This document shows, piece after piece, positions 39,275 through 49,783 of a stretch of DNA of 64,000 bases (position 1 is the first letter of the stretch; the number at the start of each line of letters is the position of its first letter). The DNA is taken from the NCBI GenBank assembly GCA_965222375.1, contig CBDCTZ010000014.1:1-64000 (forward strand). Direction: 5' to 3'. The notes under the pieces are model-generated. The model saw only the letters and a program-made list of their open reading frames with translations, did not search any database and was not told the origin of the DNA. The stretch comes from Polyangiaceae bacterium. GTDB lineage: Bacteria; Myxococcota_A; Polyangia; Polyangiales; Polyangiaceae. A program made the translations under genes and the position numbers.

Positions 39275-40072
39275 TCACTTTTCTTCTGGCTGTCCGATGG
39301 CACTCCGCACGCTGTCGGAGGCTGGACCCTTGGGAAAGCGTGACAGAAATGCCTGCCCTCGCGAGCGTGCGGCGGCGCTGCTTCCCATCCGAGACAGCGC
39401 TAGCACCGCAATCGCTTCTCGTTCCTGATACAGCAAGCCCCGCGCAAACTCCCGGTGCCCCGCTTCTGCAAGGGCGAGCGCTTTGGCTGGATTGGAGCCC
39501 AACGCGGCGCGCGCGGCCGCGAGTTGGGCGACCTCACGCTTGATGCGGTCCTTCTTGCTCTCCTTGGCGTCCGGTTTGTTTGTCGCGGCGCTTGGGGCGA
39601 CCCGTGGCCGAGGTTTGGCGGACGCTATGGGCTCAGGTGGCGGTGGCTCGGAGACCGTTTCTGGCTTTGCAGCCGACGGGACGGGTTTGGCCGGAGCCTT
39701 TGCCGCCGGCTGGGCCGCCGGTGGAGGCTGGTTTTTGACAGGTGGCGGCTTACGCAGCAGCAACGCGCCACCCACCGCGAGTGTGCCCGCAAGGGCAGTG
39801 CCCACAATCCACGCGCCGGCGCTGGATTTGCCGACGGCGGCGCCTTGTGCCGCTCCACCTACACCACCCTGGGCAGCCCCGCCCGCGCCACCATCTGTGG
39901 GCGGACTATCTGGTGGACCGCCGCCATCCGAAACGATGGCGGCATTGAGGCGTGCCAACCCAGCGGTCGTGTCCAGTGTGGGTGCTGGAGCATTCTTGGC
40001 CGACGCGAGAGCTTCGCGCAGCTTTGATTCGACCCCGGCGTCGTCCAGCAATCGCACCGGGTCGTCAGACAT
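39275..40072 (-). CDS. putative anti-sigma factor (TM + Pro linker + helical C-terminus)
   Basis: MSDDPVRL start overlapping the sigma gene, TM helix, EREAIAVLAL...FLSRFP. Confidence 0.7.
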   Translation of the reverse strand: MSDDPVRLLDDAGVESKLREALASAKNAPAPTLDTTAGLARLNAAIVSDGGGPPDSPPTDGGAGGAAQGGVGGAAQGAAVGKSSAGAWIVGTALAGTLAVGGALLLRKPPPVKNQPPPAAQPAAKAPAKPVPSAAKPETVSEPPPPEPIASAKPRPRVAPSAATNKPDAKESKKDRIKREVAQLAAARAALGSNPAKALALAEAGHREFARGLLYQEREAIAVLALSRMGSSAAARSRGQAFLSRFPKGPASDSVRSAIGQPEEK

Positions 40073-40610
40073 CGGTGTTCCTCGCAATCGGCGCAGGTGG
40101 GTCTTTCGTCAGGCGAGCGAACGCCGTTTTGAGCTCGCTCCGCGCCGCGTGAAGCCGCGAGTAAACCGTGGTCAGGGGCACACCCAAGCCCTCCGCGATG
40201 TCGGAGCACGGAATCGCGTCCAGTTCGAACAACACGAAGACGGCGCGCTTGTCCATATCTAGTTGCTGCAGTGCCTCATCGAGCCGCTCCACGAGTTGCC
40301 CCGCTGCGGCGCGCTCTGCCGGGTCGGTCTCAGCGCTCGCGACAGCTCCGATATCATCTTCGGGGGCCTCCGGACGACGCCGCTTGGTCCGGCGATGGGT
40401 GGACAGCACCTTCACGGCGATCTCCGCGAGCCAGGTGGTGGCTCGAGCAGGCCCTGGGTCGAACCCGCCGCGGCGATGGGCAGTGAGAAAGACGTCCTGG
40501 ACCAGGTCATCCACCTCCGCGCCCCGGGCGCCCAATCGCGCCAGAAAACGGGCCACGAACACGGCGTGGCGAACATATAGCTGCCCGGCATCCAGGTGGT
40601 CCTCCGTCAC
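40065..40610 (-). CDS. ECF RNA polymerase sigma factor
   Basis: VDDLVQDVFL, TWL, RAVFVLFELD, TVYSRLHAAR. Confidence 0.93.
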   Translation of the reverse strand: MTEDHLDAGQLYVRHAVFVARFLARLGARGAEVDDLVQDVFLTAHRRGGFDPGPARATTWLAEIAVKVLSTHRRTKRRRPEAPEDDIGAVASAETDPAERAAAGQLVERLDEALQQLDMDKRAVFVLFELDAIPCSDIAEGLGVPLTTVYSRLHAARSELKTAFARLTKDPPAPIARNTDV

Positions 40611-40677
40611 GGCTTTCGCTCATTCGAACAATACATGGCCGCCTCTCAACGATCTTTGGCGGAAATCGTACTCTCCC

Positions 40678-41682
40678 TCATTCGGGCAAGGTGACCCGGA
40701 CTCCAGCTAGGGCGCCGAGCCCAGCGGCAGGCACCTGCCGGGTCGCCAAATCATTGCCGCGCTCGTCGGTCACGCGGATCTTCGAGCGGATTAGAGGCAC
40801 GACGCCATCCAGTCCGGCGTTGACGGTCACGACGCTCCCCAGGGGAAGCAGCAGGTCGAGCCGCCCGATCACGGCGGTCCAGCGCAGCGCCACCCCAAAA
40901 TCTCGATCGAAGCCAAGGCCTTCCGCCACCACGTCGCCAGATGCGATCCCCGCACAGCTTCTGACCTGCAGCGGTGCAAGGGGCTGACGAAAGCAGCCGT
41001 CAAAGCGTATCGCGGCGAGGGACAGCTCGGCCTCGGAGTTTGCGATCTCGACGCTAGTCGGCGCGGTGACCATGGCGGCTGCGCGCACCTCCGGTCCTTT
41101 GGGCCAGCTCGCATCGATGCCTGCTAGTCCACCCAGAGACGGATCCGGCAGCAGCCGCAAGGCCCCGAACACCTCGGCGAAGGCGTGCACGCGGATGGGC
41201 TCGCGGGGCTTGGGGCGCGGCCTGAGTGTTGCGGGCGGCAGGGGACGCGGCACTCGGCGTATGGGCTTGGCCTCCGGTGGCGGCTGCGGCGGTGTCTCTG
41301 GCAGCTCAATGGGCTCTGGCTTCACGCCCAAGCTCTCGAGTAGGGCGTTGTCGATGGCGAGGGCGATTGACAGCGCAACGACCGCACGCTGGTCCGAGCA
41401 CTCCGCGGGTGGTTGGAGGAACTGGCGGAACGCAGCTGGCTTGTCGTCCTTGCGCAGCACGAAACTGATGTGGGTGGCGGGGTCGCCTTCGCTCTGGACC
41501 CGAATGCTGATGCGGTCGTCGACTTCGTCTTTCTCTAGCCAACCGGCAATCGCCTCGGAAAGCGCCGGTTTTGCTAGGCACGGGCTCGATCCGTCGACCT
41601 GAAGAGCATCGCGAATCGGGCGAGCCTCCACCGCGTGCGTGCATAGAAGGAATGCGAAAGTGACTGCGGCGGCGTGACGCAT
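40678..41682 (-). CDS. secreted protein with C-terminal beta strands (sigma-associated)
   Basis: Signal peptide, Pro linker, amphipathic beta strands. Confidence 0.7.
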   Translation of the reverse strand: MRHAAAVTFAFLLCTHAVEARPIRDALQVDGSSPCLAKPALSEAIAGWLEKDEVDDRISIRVQSEGDPATHISFVLRKDDKPAAFRQFLQPPAECSDQRAVVALSIALAIDNALLESLGVKPEPIELPETPPQPPPEAKPIRRVPRPLPPATLRPRPKPREPIRVHAFAEVFGALRLLPDPSLGGLAGIDASWPKGPEVRAAAMVTAPTSVEIANSEAELSLAAIRFDGCFRQPLAPLQVRSCAGIASGDVVAEGLGFDRDFGVALRWTAVIGRLDLLLPLGSVVTVNAGLDGVVPLIRSKIRVTDERGNDLATRQVPAAGLGALAGVRVTLPE

Positions 41683-41739
41683 TGCTAAGCGACTAGTCAA
41701 AAAGGGCGTCGGGGGCCCTGGTCGGTCATTGCACGAGCC

Positions 41740-43092
41740 TCAATGCGCGTGACTCGCCGCCAGCGCCTCCCAGCGCTCGCGGTCGCGGCGTTCGCCCAGG
41801 GTATCGCCCACTTCTTTGCGTAGCTCGGGTACACAGACGACGCGCACTTCTTCTTCGTCCAGCATGCTAATGGCACGTGCCACTTCTTCTAGAGATGGGC
41901 CCGGCGGGATCACCAGTACGCCGCTGACCACCGAGGCGTCGGGCAGCGCCTCGTGGGACGCTTTCATGTCGTGGTTTTCACCGCGAATGCAGCGCTCGCA
42001 GACATGTTGAATCGACTCGTCGAAGACGTAGAGAGACGCCTCGCCAGGTAGCTTGTCGCCGGCGTCTGCAACCGCGCCGGCGCGGGACTGCTGGGCGCGA
42101 AACGGAAAGCTGCGTGTCCCGCCGTCGCGCAGGGTCATCAGATAGGGCAGGCGCGGCACTTGGTGGCCGTCTTGCTCCGCGAAACCAACCGGGGCGCGAT
42201 CAAAAAGGACCACGTCCCCTAGGGAAACATGCACCGGATACATCGGCGGATTCAGCACCACTCCGTGACAAGGGCTCAAGGTGCGCACCCAAACATGTTC
42301 GAACTGAACCGGTCCGGAGCCAGGATGCTGCGCGCCGATGCCTCCGGTAGAAAGTCGCACCTTCACGTCCCCGATGGAGGCTGCAGGCAGGTCGTCATCT
42401 CCACGCTTCGGCTCGAAGCCCAAGCGCTGCCAGGCGTCGACCGCGCTTTCGAAGTCGCCGGCGGCCGTGGCGCATACAGCGAGGTTGTTCAGGGTTGCCG
42501 CGTCGTCTTCGTCGGTTTGCGCGTCTACGCGGTGGAAGAGCTCGAGGGCTTCGGCAAAGCGGCCGCGCAGTTTGTGAAAGAGTGCAAAGTCGAACAGTCG
42601 CCAGGGCTCGTCGGGGGCGAGTTCCAATGCCCTCTCGAAGGCACTCGCAGCTTCCGCGTCGTATTCTGGACCGGATAGGCGCAGGCAGTTGGCGAAGGTC
42701 AGCCACAGCTGCCCCCCACAATCTGGATCCTGGAGTCGCTCGTCGTCGCCCAGAGTCTGCATGCAGCGTCGCAACTTGCGCGCTGCCGTGATGGCGGGGT
42801 CGTCCTCGGGCACCGGCTCGTCGCCCGCGCGGCCATCCACGATTTCGCGCAAGATGTTGCTTCCCAGATCCGTCATGAAGGGATCGGATGTGTAGGCATC
42901 GAGGATCGCTTCGACTTCACCGCGCTGGTCTTCGCCGGTCTCTCCGTGGTGCACGAGCATCAACCAGTGCCAAGCCAGACCCGAGTGTGTGACCACCTCC
43001 GGCCAGTGGGGACGAACCAACCTCCAGGCTTTTTCCCAATCCCCGGCCTTGGCCGCTTCTTGGGATGCCTCGCAGATGTCGTCGAGCGACAT
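41740..43092 (-). CDS. TPR repeat protein
   Basis: AFERALELAP, GRFAEALE, LNNLAVC. Confidence 0.8.
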   Translation of the reverse strand: MSLDDICEASQEAAKAGDWEKAWRLVRPHWPEVVTHSGLAWHWLMLVHHGETGEDQRGEVEAILDAYTSDPFMTDLGSNILREIVDGRAGDEPVPEDDPAITAARKLRRCMQTLGDDERLQDPDCGGQLWLTFANCLRLSGPEYDAEAASAFERALELAPDEPWRLFDFALFHKLRGRFAEALELFHRVDAQTDEDDAATLNNLAVCATAAGDFESAVDAWQRLGFEPKRGDDDLPAASIGDVKVRLSTGGIGAQHPGSGPVQFEHVWVRTLSPCHGVVLNPPMYPVHVSLGDVVLFDRAPVGFAEQDGHQVPRLPYLMTLRDGGTRSFPFRAQQSRAGAVADAGDKLPGEASLYVFDESIQHVCERCIRGENHDMKASHEALPDASVVSGVLVIPPGPSLEEVARAISMLDEEEVRVVCVPELRKEVGDTLGERRDRERWEALAASHAH

Positions 43093-43158
43093 GACTTTAG
43101 GGTCAGGGAGAACGCGGCTCAGATCAACGCCCCACGACGGTAATCTTCACGAAAGTCG

Positions 43159-44226
43159 TCATGGACCCACGCCGTACAGGACTTTCCACGCATCTTCGAA
43201 CACCCAATTGCCGCCTTGTTTGGGAGAAGCACCGCCTGCCTGCGTCGACGAATGCCCGTTGCTGCTCGACGCTGACGTGATCAGCCGGTGGCTGCCGCCA
43301 TATGGGGGCGATGCGCCATCGATGGATGTAGGTGTGCCCACAAGCTTGAGAGCCTCGAAGGTTTTGAGGTGCCCGGAGTGTTGCGAATCCGCCGTGTGGG
43401 AGAAGGCCCAGAGCCTGTCCAGGCTGGTGATAGACGACTCGCTGAGCCATGGCTGATTGCTGTCCAAGGGGCCGGACAGCATCACCGCCCGATGTACCAA
43501 GCGGTTCTTCGCGATCACTCCCGAAGTGCTCGCTCCATGAGAAATCCCCGAGATGATGATCTGGTTCCAACGCGGCTTGCCGCTATCGATGAAGTAAGTC
43601 CAGTCGCCTTGCGGATTGTTCGCGGCCAGGTACTCGAGCCCCTTCACGACGCGAGTCTCGATGCTGTCAGGCGGCTTCACTTCGATGAAGGAGTGATGAT
43701 CCACGCCTTCAAAAGCTTCGAGACGACAGCCGCCGATGTCGCTGCCACAATTGGCGACGCCGTAGCCGCTTTCGTAGCAGGGCGACATTACGTGAAAGCC
43801 GAAACCCGCGAGCAGCTTGCCGTGATCTCGCGAGCCGCATGTCGAAGGGGTTCCCGCGCCGTGCAGGTACACGACCAACAGACCCTGGGGTTCGACGCTG
43901 GTGTCCAGGTAGCCCAATTGGGCGCCCAGCACGGTCTTGGCCTGCGGGTCCGCGTCGTCGGGCTTGAACTCGAAGTCGTAGAGTTTGCTCTCGGAGCGAT
44001 CCACCTTGGGCCCCGTCGGCCCCGCGTCCACAGCGCCGCCCGTGCCACCGCTGCTTCCCCCCGCGCCGCCCGAACCGCTTGCGCCACCGGTGCCCGTCCC
44101 CGCTGAGCCCCCCGAGCTGGAGTCGCTTCCCGCGTCTTGCTTCGGCGGACCACCGCCGCTGTCGTCGGAACCGCTACACGCCAGCGCTGACAGGGTCAGC
44201 GCGTACACGAACACAGGCCGCATCAT
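43159..44226 (-). CDS. alpha/beta-hydrolase-like lipoprotein
   Basis: LAC lipobox, VYLHGAG, GISHG nucleophile elbow. Confidence 0.8.
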   Translation of the reverse strand: MMRPVFVYALTLSALACSGSDDSGGGPPKQDAGSDSSSGGSAGTGTGGASGSGGAGGSSGGTGGAVDAGPTGPKVDRSESKLYDFEFKPDDADPQAKTVLGAQLGYLDTSVEPQGLLVVYLHGAGTPSTCGSRDHGKLLAGFGFHVMSPCYESGYGVANCGSDIGGCRLEAFEGVDHHSFIEVKPPDSIETRVVKGLEYLAANNPQGDWTYFIDSGKPRWNQIIISGISHGASTSGVIAKNRLVHRAVMLSGPLDSNQPWLSESSITSLDRLWAFSHTADSQHSGHLKTFEALKLVGTPTSIDGASPPYGGSHRLITSASSSNGHSSTQAGGASPKQGGNWVFEDAWKVLYGVGP

Positions 44227-44346
44227 GCAGGCGAGCGTAATACAACCCGCGACTGCGACCAGGGCTGACGTTGACGGGCCAGGATTGTCCTTCGCTTTGC
44301 GCTCACGTGCCCGACGCTCCGTGCACTTTGCGCTCCGTGTGCGCGC

Positions 44347-45045
44347 TCAATTCTTGTCGATGGCGCAATGGCCGCCTTCGCAAACTAGCTTCTTCGGCGG
44401 GTAGGCTGGCGCACACTCGAGACACGCGGTGCCCGGATCACAAACCAACGTATCGTAGGAAGGCGCGCCACCGCTGACGGCAATAAGGTGCTCATCGTCC
44501 ACCGGTCCACCGCACTCACAGCAGGCGTTGGTCCGCACGCGGCAGTCCGAAGCCCCCTTGCACGCCGTGGACTCGTGCTTTTGCAGGTCCACCACCACGC
44601 AGCTGCCACCGCGACAGGTTGCCAGTATCGTGGGATCCTGGGGCATGAAACAACCCGGGCAGTCTACGAGGGCGCACTTGTCGGTCGCGTACTGCTTGGC
44701 GCCGTTCTGGTTCAGCGCAATGGAGTCGTCTCGGGTCGCGGCGCCACAAGAGCCGCAACAGCTCTCTGAGCGAAGCACGCAATCCGACGGCACTTTGCAG
44801 CTGGTCCAATCGCTCGGCACGCCGCCGGTGCCCGCAGCGTTGCCGCTGCCGCCACTGCCCGCCACATTGCCAGTGCCGCCGCTCGCAGAGCTGCCGCCGG
44901 AGCCCCCGTTACCTGACGTTGCACCGGACCCGCCGCCGCCCGATGCCCCACCGGCGCCACCGCTCCCATTGATGCTACTGCTACCGCCACAGCCTGCGCC
45001 CACGACCAGCGCCAAGCCGCCAACCCATGTGAATCGTCGAAGCAT
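44347..45045 (-). CDS. Cys-rich lipoprotein
   Basis: GAGC lipobox, Gly linker, duplicated C-x3-SDC...CC domain. Confidence 0.8.
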   Translation of the reverse strand: MLRRFTWVGGLALVVGAGCGGSSSINGSGGAGGASGGGGSGATSGNGGSGGSSASGGTGNVAGSGGSGNAAGTGGVPSDWTSCKVPSDCVLRSESCCGSCGAATRDDSIALNQNGAKQYATDKCALVDCPGCFMPQDPTILATCRGGSCVVVDLQKHESTACKGASDCRVRTNACCECGGPVDDEHLIAVSGGAPSYDTLVCDPGTACLECAPAYPPKKLVCEGGHCAIDKN

Positions 45046-45355
45046 GCGCGAAGCGTAGCACCGAAAACGCCGGCATCCGTCAAGCGTCCAAAGGCAGATG
45101 ACGCCGATCAGCGGCGCCAGCTCATCGAGCTGGAGGACCACTTCCGCCGGCAGTGTCCGACCAGTAACTCGGCTTTGCCTACTGACGACCGCTTCGCCGA
45201 CCCAGGCAACCGCTGACGAGCGCGTCCGTCACTCCCGGCGTGCTGTCCCGTGAGCTGAGTGGGTGGTTTGGGTGGGTCGAGCGATGGGGCGGACGTGGTT
45301 CCCTAATCTCGCTCTGCTGCGCCGGTTCGCGCAGCGTGAGTACGCGCGGCGGAGC

Positions 45356-45590
45356 GCGTGCCGCCGCGATGTCGGGTGCGCCTGCACCGCGTGCCGCCGC
45401 GATGTCGGGTGCGCCTGCACCGCGTGCCGCCGCGATGTCGGGTGCGCCTGCACCGCGTGCCGCCGCGATGTCGGGTGCGCCTGCACCGCGTGCCGCCGCG
45501 ATGTCGGGTGCGCCTGCACCGCGTGCCGCCGCGATGTCGGGTGCGCCTGCACCGCGTGCCGCCGCGATGTCGGGTGCGCCCGCACCGCGT
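45356..45590. repeat. 33-bp tandem repeat, 7 copies
   Basis: GCGTGCCGCCGCGATGTCGGGTGCGCCTGCACC x7 (one T>C in the last copy), no spacers, internal GGTGC/GCACC hairpin. Confidence 0.95.
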
Positions 45591-45765
45591 GAGGCAACGC
45601 GGGAGTAGCGCAGCAGTGCCGCCCCAAGGATGCGACCCAAAAACAAGATCTCAGCCAGCGCGGAATCAGGCGCTCAGAACCCACACGGTGCCCACCCGCG
45701 AGTTTGGGTGGGCAGTGTGCGGGTCAGGTCGGTCGGCGGCTAGCGCAGTTGCGTGAGTTTTGGGC

Positions 45766-47001
45766 TCACTGGCAGGTGGGCGAACTGAGCCCGGCGTTTT
45801 CGCAGGGGGCTGCCCTGTTGAGGTCGTCGGCGAGAAGGGCCTCGAGGGCAAACTTCAACCGGCAGCTCACGCTCCCCGGATCCACGTCCCATTTGAACAC
45901 TGCCGGGGACCACAACGACCCGCAATCTCCCAGGCAGCCGTCGCCGCCGACAGCCTTGTATTCCACCGGGCACACGTCTTTCATCACGCTGCAGTACAAC
46001 GGGCATGGGTTGGGGTCACCGCAATGGTCGTTGGAGTTCAGCCCCGACGGGCCCGCAAGCGAGCAGCTCTCGGGATTGGCTTGGGTAGGATCCGCGGGCA
46101 ACTTGTCTATCCGGCAGGCCACGCTGTCTGCGATCAGATCAGCTGGAGTGGAGAAGGAGCCGCGAGGGATCCGTTCACAGATCGCCAAGCAGTCCGCGTA
46201 GCCTGGATACTGCGCGTTGGCGGTGCCACTGCATAGATCCATCGCCAGGCGGCAGTACTGCGCGCAATCTGGTTCGTAGTTGACGCCTGGATCTTGCTCC
46301 AGGCACTTGGCCAGCTCGCGGATGTCGTTCACGCAACTGCCTGGTTTCGACGGGAACGAAAACACCGGATCCCCTGGGGTCTGGCACTGCCCAGGTTCGC
46401 CCTCGATGCAGTTGGCCATCACGGTAGTCATTTGTGGATGACACCCGTCGGGCTCGCACTCCTCAGCGCATTCCCACACTCGAAGTAGGCCGTCCTTGTC
46501 GACTAGGTCGCAGGCTTGCGTACGGGCAATGTCGCAATACACGCCGCATGGGCTAGTGCCGCAGAACTGCGGGTCGACGACTCCAAACACCGCAGAGGGC
46601 ATGCAGCCAAGGCCGTGCTCCTTGTCGAGAACGCCGCACAAGCCGTTGGGCATACAACAACCGTCTAGGCTATCGCCACCGGGTCCGGGCAGGTCGCTGC
46701 ACACGGGGTCGTCCGAGCCCGGGGACCCCAGCGGCAGACACACGTCGTCGTACTTGGGCAGCTGGTATCCACATAGGTCTTCCGACCCCCGCGGGCCATC
46801 GGGATAGTCGAAGCAGCAGGCGGGCTCTCCGGATGGCCCGGCTTGGCAAGTTGTCGTGCAGTTTCCGTCGCCGCCGATGCCGCCGTTTCCGCCTGTGCCG
46901 CCCACGTCATCGACTTTGTCGAAACTCGACACGACGCAACCTGCCGCCACGAGTGCTGCTGCCAACGGCGCGAGGGCTCGAGTCCACCTGCTGCGTGCCA
47001 T
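45766..47001 (-). CDS. Cys-rich lipoprotein
   Basis: AAGC lipobox, C-x2-YC repeats; start overlaps the upstream stop. Confidence 0.8.
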   Translation of the reverse strand: MARSRWTRALAPLAAALVAAGCVVSSFDKVDDVGGTGGNGGIGGDGNCTTTCQAGPSGEPACCFDYPDGPRGSEDLCGYQLPKYDDVCLPLGSPGSDDPVCSDLPGPGGDSLDGCCMPNGLCGVLDKEHGLGCMPSAVFGVVDPQFCGTSPCGVYCDIARTQACDLVDKDGLLRVWECAEECEPDGCHPQMTTVMANCIEGEPGQCQTPGDPVFSFPSKPGSCVNDIRELAKCLEQDPGVNYEPDCAQYCRLAMDLCSGTANAQYPGYADCLAICERIPRGSFSTPADLIADSVACRIDKLPADPTQANPESCSLAGPSGLNSNDHCGDPNPCPLYCSVMKDVCPVEYKAVGGDGCLGDCGSLWSPAVFKWDVDPGSVSCRLKFALEALLADDLNRAAPCENAGLSSPTCQ

Positions 47002-48059
47002 CAGAAGCTCCCCCGAAAACGCACGCTGCTGGGCCCAACGTAGATGTCCGTGGTTGTCGCCGTCGCTTCTTCCTCGCCACCGGTCAATAGCAGCGTGAGG
47101 CCCGCCCCAACTCCGACTGCGCCGACCACGAAGCCGATGGTGGAGATGGTGCGCATCGAGTTGAGGCTATCCACGTCGTCGTGGGCTTGGGGACTGCATT
47201 TGTCGCCGTTACAGAAGCCGCTGTCCTCTAGATCGCTCTTCTTGCCCATGGCGATGACACCGGTGATGGTTCCAGCGAGCAGGCCGGCGCCACCGACGCC
47301 GAGGGCCACGTAGGCGAGCGTGTTGGAGCTACCGCTATCGCCGGTGTCGACGGCGGCATCGGCGCCGCCGCTACTCGGTGGAGGCGTGCTTGGGGGCGGA
47401 GCCGCTTCTGGCCTCGGAGTGGGGGCGACAGCTGGCGCGGGCGTGGTGCCGGTAGCCTTCGGGTCGAACTTCAGCTCGATAGACTCTTTGCCGGCTTCCG
47501 CCAACTGCACGTCGCGCTTCTGCTCTTGGCCGTTCCAGGTGGCGACTACGCTATGGCCGCCCGGATCGATGGGTTGTGCAATGCCAATCAGTGCGCTGTC
47601 GATGGCGACGCCGTCGATGGTCAGTTGCACTTCGGATGCTGGCGCACCGCTGACGCTCACGACCAGGTTCGGGATCTTGGGTAGCAGCTGCTGGCGCTCC
47701 AGAGCGGCGTCTTTCTTCGCCTTCTCGTGGTTCGCTCGATTGGTTTCCGGAATTGGCAGCCGCGTGGCTTCGAGGAAGCGCTCGGCAGCGGCGACCCACT
47801 TGCCGGTTTTCATGAGCGCGCGGCCGGACCAGAGCCCCAGAGTAGGCGCTTTGACCAGCGCGTAAGCGCGCTCGAGCTTGTCCGAGGCTTCGGCGTACTT
47901 GCCCGCCTGGTAGTCCTTGACGCCGGCGAAACCGATCTTGCGCGCGGCCGCGACCTTGGCGCTATCGCTCTGTGCCGCCGCCGGCGCGGGGGCGGAAATG
48001 AGTGCCGCGCAGATCGCAGCACCCAGCAGCCAGATTTTGGTTGTGCGATTGCTTCGCAT
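47001..48059 (-). CDS. TPR + PEGA-like domain protein
   Basis: Signal peptide, AYALVKAPTLGLW, IDPGGHSV, terminal RGSF. Confidence 0.85.
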   Translation of the reverse strand: MRSNRTTKIWLLGAAICAALISAPAPAAAQSDSAKVAAARKIGFAGVKDYQAGKYAEASDKLERAYALVKAPTLGLWSGRALMKTGKWVAAAERFLEATRLPIPETNRANHEKAKKDAALERQQLLPKIPNLVVSVSGAPASEVQLTIDGVAIDSALIGIAQPIDPGGHSVVATWNGQEQKRDVQLAEAGKESIELKFDPKATGTTPAPAVAPTPRPEAAPPPSTPPPSSGGADAAVDTGDSGSSNTLAYVALGVGGAGLLAGTITGVIAMGKKSDLEDSGFCNGDKCSPQAHDDVDSLNSMRTISTIGFVVGAVGVGAGLTLLLTGGEEEATATTTDIYVGPSSVRFRGSF

Positions 48060-48108
48060 GGCAGAGGGAAATTACACGAGCGGAGCCGTCCCTGCTGACT
48101 TTTTGCGG

Positions 48109-49482
48109 CTAGAGCAAACCGTCCTCGGTGATTGGCACTTGTGGTGTCGGTTTGCTGGTTGGTTTGGGCGTTGGCGCCGCAGGTTTTGATGTGGGTCGAG
48201 GTGGCCTGGCGGGCCGCGGAGTTCTGGGCCTGCGCACAGCCTTGGGTTTCGGCTCGGGTGGTTTCGCGGCGCTCTTCTCGTTACCAGCCGGCGCTTCAGT
48301 GACACCGGCGTCCCCCGTCGTTGGCTCCGTCGCCGATTCGGTCGTCGGTGGCGTGACCAGGTCGGTGGCTGGTGCCGTGCTCGCTTCCGGCTCGGGCTGG
48401 GTAGACGTCGCTACAGTCGGCACATCTCTGGTCATGTACCAGTAGCCGCCAAGCCCCGCGACCAACAATAGCCCTGCCACGCCAAGCACCAACAAGGGTA
48501 CCCATGCAGACTTCTTCGGAATGGGGTCCAGCGTGCGGGACAGCGGCTGGTTGGTTGCCACGAACGCAGGCGCGGACTGCATCATGGGGCGAGGTCCGGC
48601 GGCGCCAGCAATTGCGGAATCACCACCGCAAATGGCGCTGAGCGCTTCAGCCGCGAGCTTCGCGCTCGCGAATCGCGCCGCGGAGTCTCGATTGCAGGCC
48701 GTGGCAAACCACTCATCGAAGCCCTCGGGCACAGGTCCAGCCTGGGACGGAATCGGAAGTGGGTGCGCGCAAATCTTCATCAGCAAGTTCCCGAGGGCGT
48801 CGCTGTCAAAGGGCCGAGTGCCGATGAGAACCTGATAGGCGATCACGCCCATCGCCCAGATATCCGTGCGGAAGTCGAGTTCACGATTCCCCTCGGCTTG
48901 CTCCGGGCTCATGTAGTACGGCGTGCCCATCAGGGCCCCAGTGCGAGTGCTCGCGCTGAGAGTGCTTCCCGGGGTGGGTTGGAACTTGGCGATGCCGAAG
49001 TCGAGGACCTTCGCGACTAGCTCGTCGTCAGCATAGGTGAGAAACACATTGTCGGGCTTCAGATCGCGATGCACGATCCCCGCTTCGTGGGCGCGACCCA
49101 CCGCGCGCGCCATGTGGGTCATGATCTTCGCGAGTTCTGCGGGCGCCAGGCGCCCGTCACGCTCCAAGCGGTCCGCCAGGCTTTCGCCTTGCATCAGCTC
49201 CATGACGATGTACGCCATGGCTCCGTCGACGCCGTAGTCCAGGATTTGCACCACGTTTGCGCTTCGAATTGCTGCGGCCGCCTGGGCCTCGCGTGTGAAG
49301 CGTTTGGCAATGTCTTCGGCGCCGCTCAGTTCCGTATGAATGAACTTGATGGCGACATCCGCTTTGAGAGTGAGATGCTCAGCGCGCCATACCTCGCCCA
49401 TTCCGCCGTGGCCGATGCACTCCGCGAGCTTGTACTTCTCGGCCAGCACTAGGCCCGGCTGCAGCCCCAGGTCTTTCGCCAC
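48109..49482 (-). CDS. membrane Ser/Thr protein kinase
   Basis: GHGGMGEV, HRDLKPDN, DFG, GTPYYMSPEQ, TM. Confidence 0.95.
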   Translation of the reverse strand: MAKDLGLQPGLVLAEKYKLAECIGHGGMGEVWRAEHLTLKADVAIKFIHTELSGAEDIAKRFTREAQAAAAIRSANVVQILDYGVDGAMAYIVMELMQGESLADRLERDGRLAPAELAKIMTHMARAVGRAHEAGIVHRDLKPDNVFLTYADDELVAKVLDFGIAKFQPTPGSTLSASTRTGALMGTPYYMSPEQAEGNRELDFRTDIWAMGVIAYQVLIGTRPFDSDALGNLLMKICAHPLPIPSQAGPVPEGFDEWFATACNRDSAARFASAKLAAEALSAICGGDSAIAGAAGPRPMMQSAPAFVATNQPLSRTLDPIPKKSAWVPLLVLGVAGLLLVAGLGGYWYMTRDVPTVATSTQPEPEASTAPATDLVTPPTTESATEPTTGDAGVTEAPAGNEKSAAKPPEPKPKAVRRPRTPRPARPPRPTSKPAAPTPKPTSKPTPQVPITEDGLL

Positions 49483-49783
49483 GCCTCAGGATAGCTGAGG
49501 CTGCCGTGCCGTGCGAAAACTCGTGCTGCATTGACGCCATCAATGCTGCGGATCCATTGAGTTTTGGGGGGGCTTGCGCCGGATCCTCGAAGCCGACGGC
49601 TTCGAGGTCACGGAAGCCAAGGGCGGGAAGCCCTACTCCGTGGAGGTGCGGCGAGCCACGGTTCGCGAACTATTGCGCTACTTGGTTGGCCTCGCGGCAG
49701 GCGAAAAAACCGGACGATTCGTGACGCGGGCGGACTGTCGTGCGACAATCATGCTGTTGTTGGGGCCTTGAGCTGAGGTGAAT

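Noticed and set aside
45356..45590. Possible CRISPR array (33-bp units with hairpin)
   Set aside because: Units are contiguous and identical with no unique spacers, and no cas genes are present
45179..45756. Repeat-containing ORFs across the 33-bp array
   Set aside because: Open in many frames only because the unit is a multiple of 3 with no stop codons; no RBS or family support
49560..49771. RILEADGFEVTEA, resembling a receiver-domain fragment
   Set aside because: Too short, with no other receiver motifs
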